Assembly (NCBI GenBank): GCA_049322915.1
Contig: JBMOPW010000045.1
Span: forward strand, 8,106-72,105
Direction: 5' to 3'
DNA length: 64,000 nucleotides
From: Candidatus Zhuqueibacterota bacterium
GTDB lineage: Bacteria; Zhuqueibacterota; Zhuqueibacteria; Thermofontimicrobiales; Thermofontimicrobiaceae
The notes beneath the pieces were generated by a model. The model ran no database searches, was not told the DNA's origin, and worked only from the letters and a program-made list of their open reading frames with translations. Positions 30,501 through 38,882 of the stretch are shown here, piece by piece (within the stretch, counting starts at the first letter, position 1; every line of letters starts with the position of its first letter). Position numbers and translations under genes: made by a program.

Positions 30501-30746
30501 GAGCGCCTCGTCCGAGGCAGCATCCTGCCGCAACTGCTGATTCAGTTCGAAAATTTGCATCTGAATCTCGTCCACCTGTTCCTGAATCCGCTTTTTAAAT
30601 TCGATCGTTTTCAGGCGAAGCGCTTCATCAGACAGGAAATGATATTCCTGATAATAGTCATTGATTTCATCAATATGGGGTGAAACACGTTTTACATCAC
30701 GTTCGTGTTTACTGCCAAAAATTTTTGTTAAAAAATTACCAGCCAT
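27576..30746 (-). CDS. secA: Preprotein translocase ATPase SecA
   Basis: EMATGEGKT, DEVDSVLVDEARTPLIISG, TNMAGRGTDI, QLRGRSGRQGDPG and C-terminal GRNDPCPCGSGKKYKKCC. Confidence 0.98.
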   Translation of the reverse strand: MAGNFLTKIFGSKHERDVKRVSPHIDEINDYYQEYHFLSDEALRLKTIEFKKRIQEQVDEIQMQIFELNQQLRQDAASDEALNQDAIRDEISALEEEETTATESALMEILPQAFAVVKETCRRLIGKSWNVSDIPTTWDMIPFDVQLIGGIVLHEGKIAEMATGEGKTLVASLPLYLNALTGKGAHLVTVNDYLARRDCEWMGKIYETLGLTSAYITNEMDPPQRQIAYNKDITYGTNNEFGFDYLRDNMALRVADLVQRKPNYAIIDEVDSVLVDEARTPLIISGPVEHSTQKFEEVKPRVAQLVRNQTSLVNKIISEAEQLLQQGEEYEAGIKLLQAKRGAPKNKKLTKILNEVGVKKIMHHVENDFLRDKKMHELDEELYYAIDEKSHIIDLTEKGREALSPNDPSMFVLPDLAIELNNIDKNEEMDEQAKLALRDKIQVEYGEKSERIHNISQLLRAYSLFERDVEYVVSDDGKVMIVDEFTGRLMPGRRYSDGLHQAIEAKEGVKIERESQTLATITLQNLFRLYSKLAGMTGTAETEANEFWQIYKLDVVVIPTNEPIRRFDYDDQIYRTKREKFNAVIDEIEQLNKKNRPVLVGTISVETSETLSRMLKRRGIKHSVLNAKYHKEEAQIVSKAGQPGTVTIATNMAGRGTDIKLGKGVILCNGGCYLVEDNDRTIPESINLKECERDVPCGLHIIGTERHESRRIDRQLRGRSGRQGDPGSSRFYLSLEDDLMRLFGSERIAGVMDRLGVQDGEVIQHPMISRSIERAQKRVETHNFDIRKHLLEYDDVMNQQREVIYSMRANALRGQNLRDQILEMIDQVIEDRVETHTSGGAYPEDWNWTDIISDMQRMFLVNLPYDINDIPNSLKKEELLETARAKTLENYKRRERTLGESNIRKLERLAMLQVIDTSWREHLYEMDQLKEGIGLRAYGQKDPLLEYKSEGFRTFSDMLARINESVIELIFKAQLREEPTMMRRRRPVEMKESHVAADGMGFKARPAEAQGEPGAQPQMQQPGKKAPVVAAPKVGRNDPCPCGSGKKYKKCCGINT

Positions 30747-30770
30747 CGTTGCTCCTTAAAATCAGAAAAA

Positions 30771-30933
30771 CACCCGTCAGAGACGGTCTTCATTGTTGTA
30801 ACTGCTTAGTCATTTCAAGTTCGCTATGCGAGCCAACCGATCGTTCGGGATGTTCATCCCGAACGGTGCGCCTACCAGGGGATAAACGGCCCAACTATTT
30901 CCCGTGCGATCAAATGGATAAACAGTGACTCAT
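30771..30933 (-). ncRNA. Structured ncRNA, probable 6S-like RNA
   Basis: Long irregular hairpin (gtcactgttt/aagcagttac, cattt/aaatg, tcgc/gcga, gggcc/ggctc, terminal cgttcgggat/atcccgaacg). Followed by a ccgtc-tct-gacgg-T-run terminator and preceded by TTGAGA-18-TAGGCT. Confidence 0.5.
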
Positions 30934-31011
30934 TTCTTTAGCCTACCTTAATAAAAATAATTTTCTCAATTATACTTTAAGGCTGTGTAAAAAGTTCGGT
31001 TTTACATGGAA

Positions 31012-31479
31012 TCAGCCGTTCATCAGCCCGCGGCCTGTTTTTTGAATCGAACCATTTTTTCTTAGCTCGTCCAGCACCGTGTCCAGTATGCCATTGATGA
31101 ATTTGCCGCTCTTCGATGTGCTGTACATTTTTGAAATCTCGATCGCTTCATCAATGGACACCTTCGGCGGTATGTCGGGAAAATACAGAAACTCGCTCAG
31201 GGCGATTCTCAAAATCATCTTGTCAATGATGGCAATCCGATTGAATTCCCAGTTGAGAGCCTTCTGCTTGATGATCTCATCCAGTTCCGGCATGTGTTCG
31301 ACCACCGTCAAAAAAAGCTTCTCTGCAAATTGAATCACTGCTTTTCGATTGTCTTTACCCTCAATCATATCTTTTGTCACGTACTCGACCTCGTTCTCGG
31401 AGAGTTCGAAAGCATAGGAGGCGCAAAGCGCCAATTCCCTTGCTTTCCTTCGGGAGCTAACACCAGGTTCATTGGACAT
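31012..31479 (-). CDS. nusB: Transcription antitermination factor NusB
   Basis: SRRKARELAL, W...RIAIIDKMILR and IDEAIEISKMYS...SGKFINGILD. Confidence 0.95.
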   Translation of the reverse strand: MSNEPGVSSRRKARELALCASYAFELSENEVEYVTKDMIEGKDNRKAVIQFAEKLFLTVVEHMPELDEIIKQKALNWEFNRIAIIDKMILRIALSEFLYFPDIPPKVSIDEAIEISKMYSTSKSGKFINGILDTVLDELRKNGSIQKTGRGLMNG

Positions 31480-31684
31480 AGCGATTTCCAATTTAAAAGT
31501 AATGAAACTGAATACACAGCCAGATAACGCATTCCGGTGGAATTAAAATACATCGGTTCTCATGTAACCTTGTGCAATCAGCGACTGCGGACGTAGAAGC
31601 TATCTCCGCCTTCAGCCTGAGCCAATCGACGTGAGCGTCTGTGAATCGGTTCGGCGGATTCATGGCGCTTTTGGCGTCCGTACA

Positions 31685-32608
31685 TTAAATAAATGTCAGC
31701 CAGCCATAGCTGCCATCATTCCCGCTCTGAATGATGTCGAAAAATCGACGCTGAATTTTTTCGGTCACCGGCCCTCGGGCGCCAGATCCGATTTTAATTT
31801 TGTCGACGGAACGGATCGGCGACACTTCAGCGGCAGTGCCTGTGAAAAATAGCTCATCGGCGATGTAGAGCATCTCGCGCGGGATCACGCATTCCTTGAT
31901 GTCATAACCGAATTCTTTCGCGATGTAAAAAATTGAATCGCGGGTGATGCCGGGCAGAATGCTGGAATGCATTGGCGGGGTAAAAATCTGGTTGTTCCTG
32001 ACGATGAAAATATTTTCCCCGCTGCCTTCGCACACAAAACCCTGGGAATTGAGCGCAATGCCTTCGGCGTAATTATCCATTTTGGCTTCCATTTTGATGA
32101 GCTGCGAGTTCATGTAGTTGGCGCCGGATTTGGCTAAAAACGGATGGGTGTTCGGATGCATGCGCGTCCAGGAAGAAACGCGTACATCCACGCCATTGTT
32201 CAGTGCATCCTCGCCCAGATAAGCGCCCCAGTTCAACGAAGCAATAGCAACCTCCACCGGGCAGGACGTCGGATCTACCCCCAATGCTTTGTACCCGCGG
32301 AACACAAATGGCCGAATGTAGGCTGACTTCAGATGGTTGACCTTCACCACGTCGATACATGCCTGCCGAATTTCACTGAAACTGAATGGCATTTCCATTC
32401 GGTAAATTTTCGTCGAATCGAAAAATCGCTTCACATGCTCATCCAGGCGGAATATCGCCGACCCTTTTTTGGTATCATAACATCGCATGCCTTCGAAAAT
32501 CGAACTGCCGTAATGAATCACATGGGACATCACATGAATTTTGGCATCCCACCAGTCGACGAATTTACCACTAAACCATATTTTGCCCTGTTCATCTCTC
32601 GGGTCCAT
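31685..32608 (-). CDS. ilvE: Branched-chain amino acid aminotransferase
   Basis: HYGSSIFEGMRCY, AKSGANY (PLP Lys), EGSGENIF, ILPGITR and GTAAEV. Confidence 0.95.
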   Translation of the reverse strand: MDPRDEQGKIWFSGKFVDWWDAKIHVMSHVIHYGSSIFEGMRCYDTKKGSAIFRLDEHVKRFFDSTKIYRMEMPFSFSEIRQACIDVVKVNHLKSAYIRPFVFRGYKALGVDPTSCPVEVAIASLNWGAYLGEDALNNGVDVRVSSWTRMHPNTHPFLAKSGANYMNSQLIKMEAKMDNYAEGIALNSQGFVCEGSGENIFIVRNNQIFTPPMHSSILPGITRDSIFYIAKEFGYDIKECVIPREMLYIADELFFTGTAAEVSPIRSVDKIKIGSGARGPVTEKIQRRFFDIIQSGNDGSYGWLTFI

Positions 32609-32631
32609 AGTCTCGACTCCTCAATTTTTTA

Positions 32632-33474
32632 TTAAATCATGATTTTATGAATTAAAATTTTATTCTCCTGTTTATTCAAAAAACCAGCGACAAGGTTTGG
32701 TGAGTGCGAAAATAGTAGCAGCCATTTTTCTTCAATCGCCCGTTGTATAAGGTGTTCTCGTGCGGTCATGGAATGGTTCGGGTGAACATCGTGCTTCATC
32801 GAGGCATTGGTCTGAAGATGCGAGCTTGTCGGCGCCAGATCGCCGGGAAAGCAGGCGACATGTCCCTGACTGCTGATCAGGACAATCTGATGACCGGTTG
32901 TGTGCCCCCCGGTTTTGATGGCGCGGATTCCCGGCAAAATTTCAGTATCCCCATTCAACACGACGAGTCGCTGATAACGCTCCAATGGAAGCAGTGCCTC
33001 CGGCAAATATCCCGTAGTGAATGTGGCGTCAGGGCCTGTGGCGACGCGCCATTCTTCTTCCTGAACGTAGAAATACGCATTGGGGAATGCGACCACGAGT
33101 TCATTGTCAGCATTCAATCGGGTGCAGTGGCCGATGTGATCATAATGCAGGTGAGTCAGAATGACGGCATGAATAGCTTCCGGCTGAATATGCAATTGGC
33201 GGAGTTGTTCAAAAAAGCTGATTTTTCGGGTGATTTGAAATCGATCCTGAAACCGTTTTTCAAAGACCTCGCCGATGCCAGCATCCACCAAAATATTCTT
33301 GTCCCGACTCTGTATCAACAGACAGTTTATGGCCAGAAGGATGCGACGCGGTGAATTCGATGGCGCGTGCTGTCCGCTCTCCCGATTGGATGCCCCATTC
33401 AAAAGGACGTCGACATCGCTGCGCATCAAACCATCGGAGAGGATGTGTAGCGTGAATTCACCTAATTGGTACAA
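32632..33474 (-). CDS. MBL-fold metallo-hydrolase (YtnP-like)
   Basis: THLHYDH, GGHTTGH and GDL motifs; TTG start. Confidence 0.85.
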   Translation of the reverse strand: MYQLGEFTLHILSDGLMRSDVDVLLNGASNRESGQHAPSNSPRRILLAINCLLIQSRDKNILVDAGIGEVFEKRFQDRFQITRKISFFEQLRQLHIQPEAIHAVILTHLHYDHIGHCTRLNADNELVVAFPNAYFYVQEEEWRVATGPDATFTTGYLPEALLPLERYQRLVVLNGDTEILPGIRAIKTGGHTTGHQIVLISSQGHVACFPGDLAPTSSHLQTNASMKHDVHPNHSMTAREHLIQRAIEEKWLLLFSHSPNLVAGFLNKQENKILIHKIMI

Positions 33475-33848
33475 GATGCATCCCCCGGTTATTGAATAAA
33501 TGTGATTTCGATTTGAAATGGATTAATTGTAAAAATGGATATAATGATGGTGTAAAAAATTGCAGCAGGGGATATGGAAACAGGCCATTCACTTTGGGCA
33601 AATAGCAGCATTTTTTTTCAGATTGGCATTGCATACACTTCAACGTCTAATTCCTGATCATCAATGAACATAGTTTGAAAATGGAAAGAACAGAATTTGA
33701 ATGATTCACATCCTGAATTTCAGCGCACGAATCGGGCAGATTGCACTGTCGCGCTCCGGCAATAGCGAACCATTGGCCTGAAGACTCCACTGGCTTGCCT
33801 GCGTATCGACAATCTGCCCATTGACGCTCGTGTCAGGTTGATGGTGAA

Positions 33849-34859
33849 TCAACTCTGCGAGCTGTTGCGTATTTTGATTTCCGCTTTATTGCGTAATTCG
33901 ATCACATATTTTTCAAAGAGTCGATTGGATTTTTCCTGCTGAATGCGTTGCCTGATCTGAGCCTCGACGGTCTCAAAAGGAATCTTCTCGCTGGATACCC
34001 TTTCATCCAATCGGATGATGTGAAAACCCAGGGGCGATTGAACCAGGTCGCTGAATTGGCCGGCGTTCAACCGGAAAGCGGCGTCCTCGAATTCCTTCAG
34101 CATATCGCCTTTGCTGAACTCGCCCAGATCACCGCCTTTGGCCGCGGAGGGATCATCCGAGAATTGACGCGCCAGCGTTTCAAAGCTCTCGCCGATCTTC
34201 AGTCTGTTCAGAATTTGTTGCCCTTTGGCGCGGCGCTGGCTGATTTCATTGGCATCGTTCCAGTCGTTTATCCGCAGCAAAATGTGATGCACCCGGGCTT
34301 TCTCATGTTTGAGGAAGAGCGCCTCATTTTTAATATAAAAATCCTGGACTTCGCTGTTGGTGATTTCGCCGACCTGTTTGACGACTTTATCTTCCAGCAG
34401 CTTATGCACCTTGAGCTCCTTTTTGAGATCGGCCAGGAAGTCATCCATCGAAACCTTGCTCTGGAGCAGCGCATCCTGGAATTGCTGTTCTGAGGGGAAT
34501 CGGCTTTTGATCGCCTGGAGCGCCTCATCGATTTCCTTCTGCTCGGGCTCGATTTTCAATCGGGTAGCTTCCTGATTGAGCAGTTTCATGGAAACGATCC
34601 AGTTGAAAGCCTCGTTCCTGAGTGTGTCGCCGAAATTTTCACGATGGAGATTGGCCTGCGCACCCATTTGTGTGAAAATCTGCTGGGCTGATTTTTCAAT
34701 ATCATCGATATGAATGGCCTCGCCGTTTACGATAGCAACGACAGTGGAGTCCGCAAAACTGGCAGCGGGTATCCCGGAGTCGGACGTTTTATCTTTGGAA
34801 CACCCAATGAAAGAAAGAATGATTAGGACGGAGAAAAACAGACCGAGAACTCGTTTCAT
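33849..34859 (-). CDS. Parvulin-type peptidyl-prolyl isomerase lipoprotein (PrsA/SurA-like)
   Basis: Lipobox FIGC; VAIVNGEAI; HILL, F..LARQFSDD.SA..GGDLG and GFHII. Confidence 0.9.
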   Translation of the reverse strand: MKRVLGLFFSVLIILSFIGCSKDKTSDSGIPAASFADSTVVAIVNGEAIHIDDIEKSAQQIFTQMGAQANLHRENFGDTLRNEAFNWIVSMKLLNQEATRLKIEPEQKEIDEALQAIKSRFPSEQQFQDALLQSKVSMDDFLADLKKELKVHKLLEDKVVKQVGEITNSEVQDFYIKNEALFLKHEKARVHHILLRINDWNDANEISQRRAKGQQILNRLKIGESFETLARQFSDDPSAAKGGDLGEFSKGDMLKEFEDAAFRLNAGQFSDLVQSPLGFHIIRLDERVSSEKIPFETVEAQIRQRIQQEKSNRLFEKYVIELRNKAEIKIRNSSQS

Positions 34860-34916
34860 AACCTCCCTCAGATTGAAAATCGTAATTGAAAAATACCGTC
34901 AGAATATAAAGTTCGA

Positions 34917-36632
34917 TTAGCGAAGATCTTTCACGCGCAATTGAATATTCGTGCGTCCCATGTAGGTATTTTCTTCGATGACATAGGCCATATCCAGATT
35001 GCTTTCCCCCGGCTCAATGCGATAAATCAAATCGCCCAGGTTGAAGCCGATGGCGTCCAGTACAACGCCATCCTGTCTTACTTTGAATTTCAGGTGGTTG
35101 TTCCCCACGATGGTGGGAGAGCCAACAACCTGCAATTTTTTGGAAGCAAACACCGGCCGCATATTCTGGGGGCCAAATGGAGCAAATAGTTTTAACAGCC
35201 GGATGAATCGTTTATTGATTTCAGAAAACCGTATCTCGCCATTGATGCGCAGGACAGGGGAGAGCGCCTCCTCGTCCAGTTGCTGACTTGCCAGTTTGTT
35301 GAAGCGCGTGCGGAACTCTTCAATTTTCTCTTTTTCGATGGTCAGACCGGCAGCGTATTTGTGACCACCATAGGCCAGCAGCAGGTCTTCGCAATCCTTA
35401 ATTGCCAGATAAATGTCGAATCCCGGAATGCTCCGCGCCGAGCCCTTGCCAATATTGTTTTCAATGGAGATCATCACAGTCGGCCGGTGATATTTCTCCA
35501 CCACCCGGGAGGCGACAATGCCAATCACGCCGGGGTGCCAGTTTTCCTGATCCAACACCAGTCCGTAATTACTGGTGAGATCGAACTGCTCCTCGACGAT
35601 CTGTTGGGCAATGCGGAATGTCTCCTCGTCGATGTTCTTGCGCTGCTTGTTTTCCATCTCCAGAACATTGGCTATCTGAAGCGCCCGATCGAAGTTCGTT
35701 GTGGTCAGCAGTTCAACGGCGCGTTCGGCATTGCCCATGCGTCCCACGGCATTGATGCGCGGCGCAATGACAAAGACGACCTGACCGGTGCCCAGCGATT
35801 TGTGCTGCATGCCGGTCACCTGGAGCAGCGCCTTCAGCCCGGGTTTTCGCGTTTGATTCAAATAGGTTAAACCTTCTTTCACGAAAATTCGGTTTTCATC
35901 AATGAGAGGCACAATGTCCGCGGCGCTGCCGATGGCAACGAATTCCAGATATTCGTGGATCAGGCTCTCGTCGAGATTCAGGGCGCGAATGAGGGCATGA
36001 GCTAATTTGAACGCCACGCCCACGCCGGCGAGCTCGGTGAAAGGATAGTTGGAATTTTCGCACTTCGGATTCAAAACGGACAGCGCATTTGGCAATTCAA
36101 TTCCCGGTTCATGGTGATCGCTGACGATGAAGTCAATGCCCAACTGACGCGAGTATTCCACTTCATCCAGGGCGGTGATACCGCAATCGACAGAAATGAT
36201 GAGTTTGACGCCGACGTTGTGCGCCTCATCGATGCCCTGCCGGGAGATGCCGTACCCCTCGCGAACGCGGTGCGGAATGTAGAAATCGACGGTTGCTCCT
36301 AAGTTTCGGAGAAGCAGGAACAGCATGGACACAGATGTAATTCCGTCGACGTCGTAATCCCCATAAATCCGAATTTTTTCGTTTTGCTGAATGGCTTTGA
36401 TAATTCTGTCGACCGCGCTTTGCATTCCATTCAAAAGAAATGGGTCGTATAGATTATCAATGTTGCCGCGGAAAAAGAGCTTGGCTTTGTCGTAGGTATC
36501 GATGCCGCGGGTGATCAAAATCTGGGCGATGATCTCCGGGACGTTCAAAAGTTGTGCGAATTTCTCTACAGCTTCCTTGTCTTTTATTTCATTTTGAATA
36601 GCCCATTGAAGGTTCATTAAGACCTCACTCAT
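34917..36632 (-). CDS. recJ: Single-stranded DNA exonuclease RecJ
   Basis: YGDYDVDG, SVDCG, SDHH, ADIVPL, PRINAVGR, GSARS and GGHKYAAG. Confidence 0.96.
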   Translation of the reverse strand: MSEVLMNLQWAIQNEIKDKEAVEKFAQLLNVPEIIAQILITRGIDTYDKAKLFFRGNIDNLYDPFLLNGMQSAVDRIIKAIQQNEKIRIYGDYDVDGITSVSMLFLLLRNLGATVDFYIPHRVREGYGISRQGIDEAHNVGVKLIISVDCGITALDEVEYSRQLGIDFIVSDHHEPGIELPNALSVLNPKCENSNYPFTELAGVGVAFKLAHALIRALNLDESLIHEYLEFVAIGSAADIVPLIDENRIFVKEGLTYLNQTRKPGLKALLQVTGMQHKSLGTGQVVFVIAPRINAVGRMGNAERAVELLTTTNFDRALQIANVLEMENKQRKNIDEETFRIAQQIVEEQFDLTSNYGLVLDQENWHPGVIGIVASRVVEKYHRPTVMISIENNIGKGSARSIPGFDIYLAIKDCEDLLLAYGGHKYAAGLTIEKEKIEEFRTRFNKLASQQLDEEALSPVLRINGEIRFSEINKRFIRLLKLFAPFGPQNMRPVFASKKLQVVGSPTIVGNNHLKFKVRQDGVVLDAIGFNLGDLIYRIEPGESNLDMAYVIEENTYMGRTNIQLRVKDLR

Positions 36633-36917
36633 TGCGGCTGTGACCGCATCATTTATATTAAATAATTTCTATATTTTCGAGAAAAGCTCACATGGCTCAA
36701 ACCCGCCATCCGGATCGTAGGGCAACCGGAGGCAACTATCCGCGCTGCCTCACTGAAAATTGATCCCCACGCGTGAGCGGTCATGCATTGCCTGGAAATG
36801 AACAGCCGGTGCAGGGAGAGGAGTGGGTTCAATTTGTGTCATTGGCCTGACCAACTATAATGTCAGGTGAATCATCAATTATAAAATTGCCTGAAAAAAT
36901 CAGGACTTCATCAAACC

Positions 36918-37260
36918 GAAGTCAACGATAAGCCGAATTCTGTCGAGGACGATCATCTATCTGGGATCCCGATTGCTCGAGACCTCTAGCAACCTACCCG
37001 AGAGTCAAACGAAGCGGGCCACTTCTTCTCTCCTATTTGGTCTTGCTCCGGACGGGGTTTACCTTGCTTCCACTGTTACCAGTGGAACGGTGAGCTCTTA
37101 CCTCGCCTTTTCACCCTTATCCCGAATGCTCGGGACGGTATCTTTTCTGTGGCACTTTCCGTAGGCTCGCGCCTCCCTCATGTTATGGGGCGTCCTGCCC
37201 TGTGGAGTTCGGACTTTCCTCATCCCGATTAATTCGGGACGCGATCGTCTGTTTAACTTC
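36918..37260 (-). ncRNA. rnpB: RNase P RNA (class A)
   Basis: Minus strand contains GAGGAAAGTCCGAACTCC, AGTGCCACAGAAAA, GGTAAACCCC..GAGCAAG and ACAGAATTCGGCTTAT; the termini pair (gaagttaa/ttgacttc). Confidence 0.96.
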
Positions 37261-37414
37261 GGAATGATGAAGTCGTTTTATCACTACAGCTATTACAACG
37301 AAGTCGAGTTGGTATCTGAAGAGAGTGCACTGCTTAAACGCATTTCGTAAAGGGAAAGCGCTCGACTTGATTTTTTTTCTGACGACACGTTTCACTCAAT
37401 CTGATGAGAAGGCT

Positions 37415-38143
37415 CTATTCGTTTTTTTCCGTTGTGGCGTGTTTGCCATTTTCAAAAACTAAAATTCTGCCGCATACTTCACAGGAAATGAGACGATTCA
37501 TCTGCCGCACTTCAACGACTGTCTGCGCCGGGATGGTGGTGAAACACGAGGTGCAATTGTAATTTACAATGGTCGTGAGTGCGATGCCATCTTTTCCCTT
37601 GCGAATGCGATCGTAAGTGGAGACGAGCCTGTAATCAATCTCGGAGACGAGTTCCTTGCGCTGACTGGCTAACTTCTTTTCCTCCGCTTCGGTCGAGATC
37701 AATTTTTGCTGAAGATCGCTCTCCTTGACCTGTAAATTTTCCTGAACCTCCTGCGTCTTTGTTGCAAGCTGCGCAATGGACTCGACCTGTTTATCTTCTG
37801 CCTCCATCAGCTCAAGGGTTTTCAATTCAATATCATCAATCTGTTTTTCGAGATTTTCAATTTCAGCGGTGATTGCGTCATACTCTTTGTTTGTTTTGAC
37901 AGAATAAATTTGTTCTTTATATTTATCCAGTTTTTCAATGAGGGCGTCCATGTCCATCTGATAATCCCGCTTTAACCGCTGCGTGTCCGCGTTGTTCTGC
38001 CTTGCTTTGGCCAATTTATCAGTCAGGTCAGCGAGATTTTCTTTCAATTCCTGAACAATTTCAGGAAGATCCCCTCTGACCGATTCCAGGTCCATCAGCT
38101 TTTTATCTATTTTCTGTAGCTCAATCAATTTATACAAATCCAT
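37415..38143 (-). CDS. Coiled-coil C4 zinc-ribbon protein (DUF164/CT398-like)
   Basis: LIELQKID, KTNKEYDA, YDRIR, CTSC...CEVCGRIL; location next to rnpB is common for this family. Confidence 0.88.
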   Translation of the reverse strand: MDLYKLIELQKIDKKLMDLESVRGDLPEIVQELKENLADLTDKLAKARQNNADTQRLKRDYQMDMDALIEKLDKYKEQIYSVKTNKEYDAITAEIENLEKQIDDIELKTLELMEAEDKQVESIAQLATKTQEVQENLQVKESDLQQKLISTEAEEKKLASQRKELVSEIDYRLVSTYDRIRKGKDGIALTTIVNYNCTSCFTTIPAQTVVEVRQMNRLISCEVCGRILVFENGKHATTEKNE

Positions 38144-38570
38144 GGTGATAGATGCCTCCTCGCTGGAAATAATAATCGGTGTATCACTGGTTACGCCTGA
38201 AAACAAAAAAAGTGCACCAATTTTTTTGGCACACTTTTACGAGATACGCCACCCCCGTGGTGTATAAACCTGGGTCAGGCAATGCTGAAGTTCAATACTC
38301 CAGTTATGGTTTTTTAGTCTTTTTGCTTGCATATATGTCAAGGAATATTGTCGATTTGAACTGTTATTTGATTTATTAATCGCTAAATATACAAAAATGA
38401 AGCTAAAGATGCAAGCGAAAATTTTGTTAAAAATTGTTTGCAACCAGGTGGAAAAAATCATCATGCGACTGAATTCTGCCGCTGCGTCCCGCGGGACAGG
38501 CTGAATACAAATCCGTAACTCCCGGTTTTCCGGATTGGCTGGCAAAACATGCGCTGTTTTAAAATAGCCC

Positions 38571-38599
38571 TTGACATCGTTCTAAAAATTAATTATCTT
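38571..38599 (+). promoter_or_regulatory. Sigma70-type promoter upstream of the SH3 lipoprotein operon
   Basis: TTGACA-17 nt-TATCTT. Confidence 0.6.
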
Positions 38600-38882
38600 T
38601 AATGTGTTGAAACTTAATAACCTTTAATTATACAATAGATTGTATCTCTGGTTAGTTTGAAACCCGAAGTGCGTGTGAGGATTTTTATCATCTGAACGCA
38701 TTGCAAACAACAAATTCATGGGCGACGCGAGCCAGTTCCGCCGAAATCGTGTGAGTTGAAATAATTGGCGCTGTTGAATCAACGCTGCTCGGGATAATTT
38801 TATCACACCCACGTTGCATGGACGGAGGTAAGTTTAAAATGGCTTCGCTATTTTGGTCATTCAGAGATAGTGGGAGGAAAAA

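Noticed and set aside
38227..38241. TGGCACACTTTTACG as a sigma54 promoter
   Set aside because: The -12 element is mis-spaced and lacks GC; the sequence is better seen as one arm of an imperfect palindrome.
38700..38760. c-di-GMP-I riboswitch-like words (gcaaac...gacgc) in the SH3 gene leader
   Set aside because: The GNRA-capped P2 stem and the P3 elements could not be formed.
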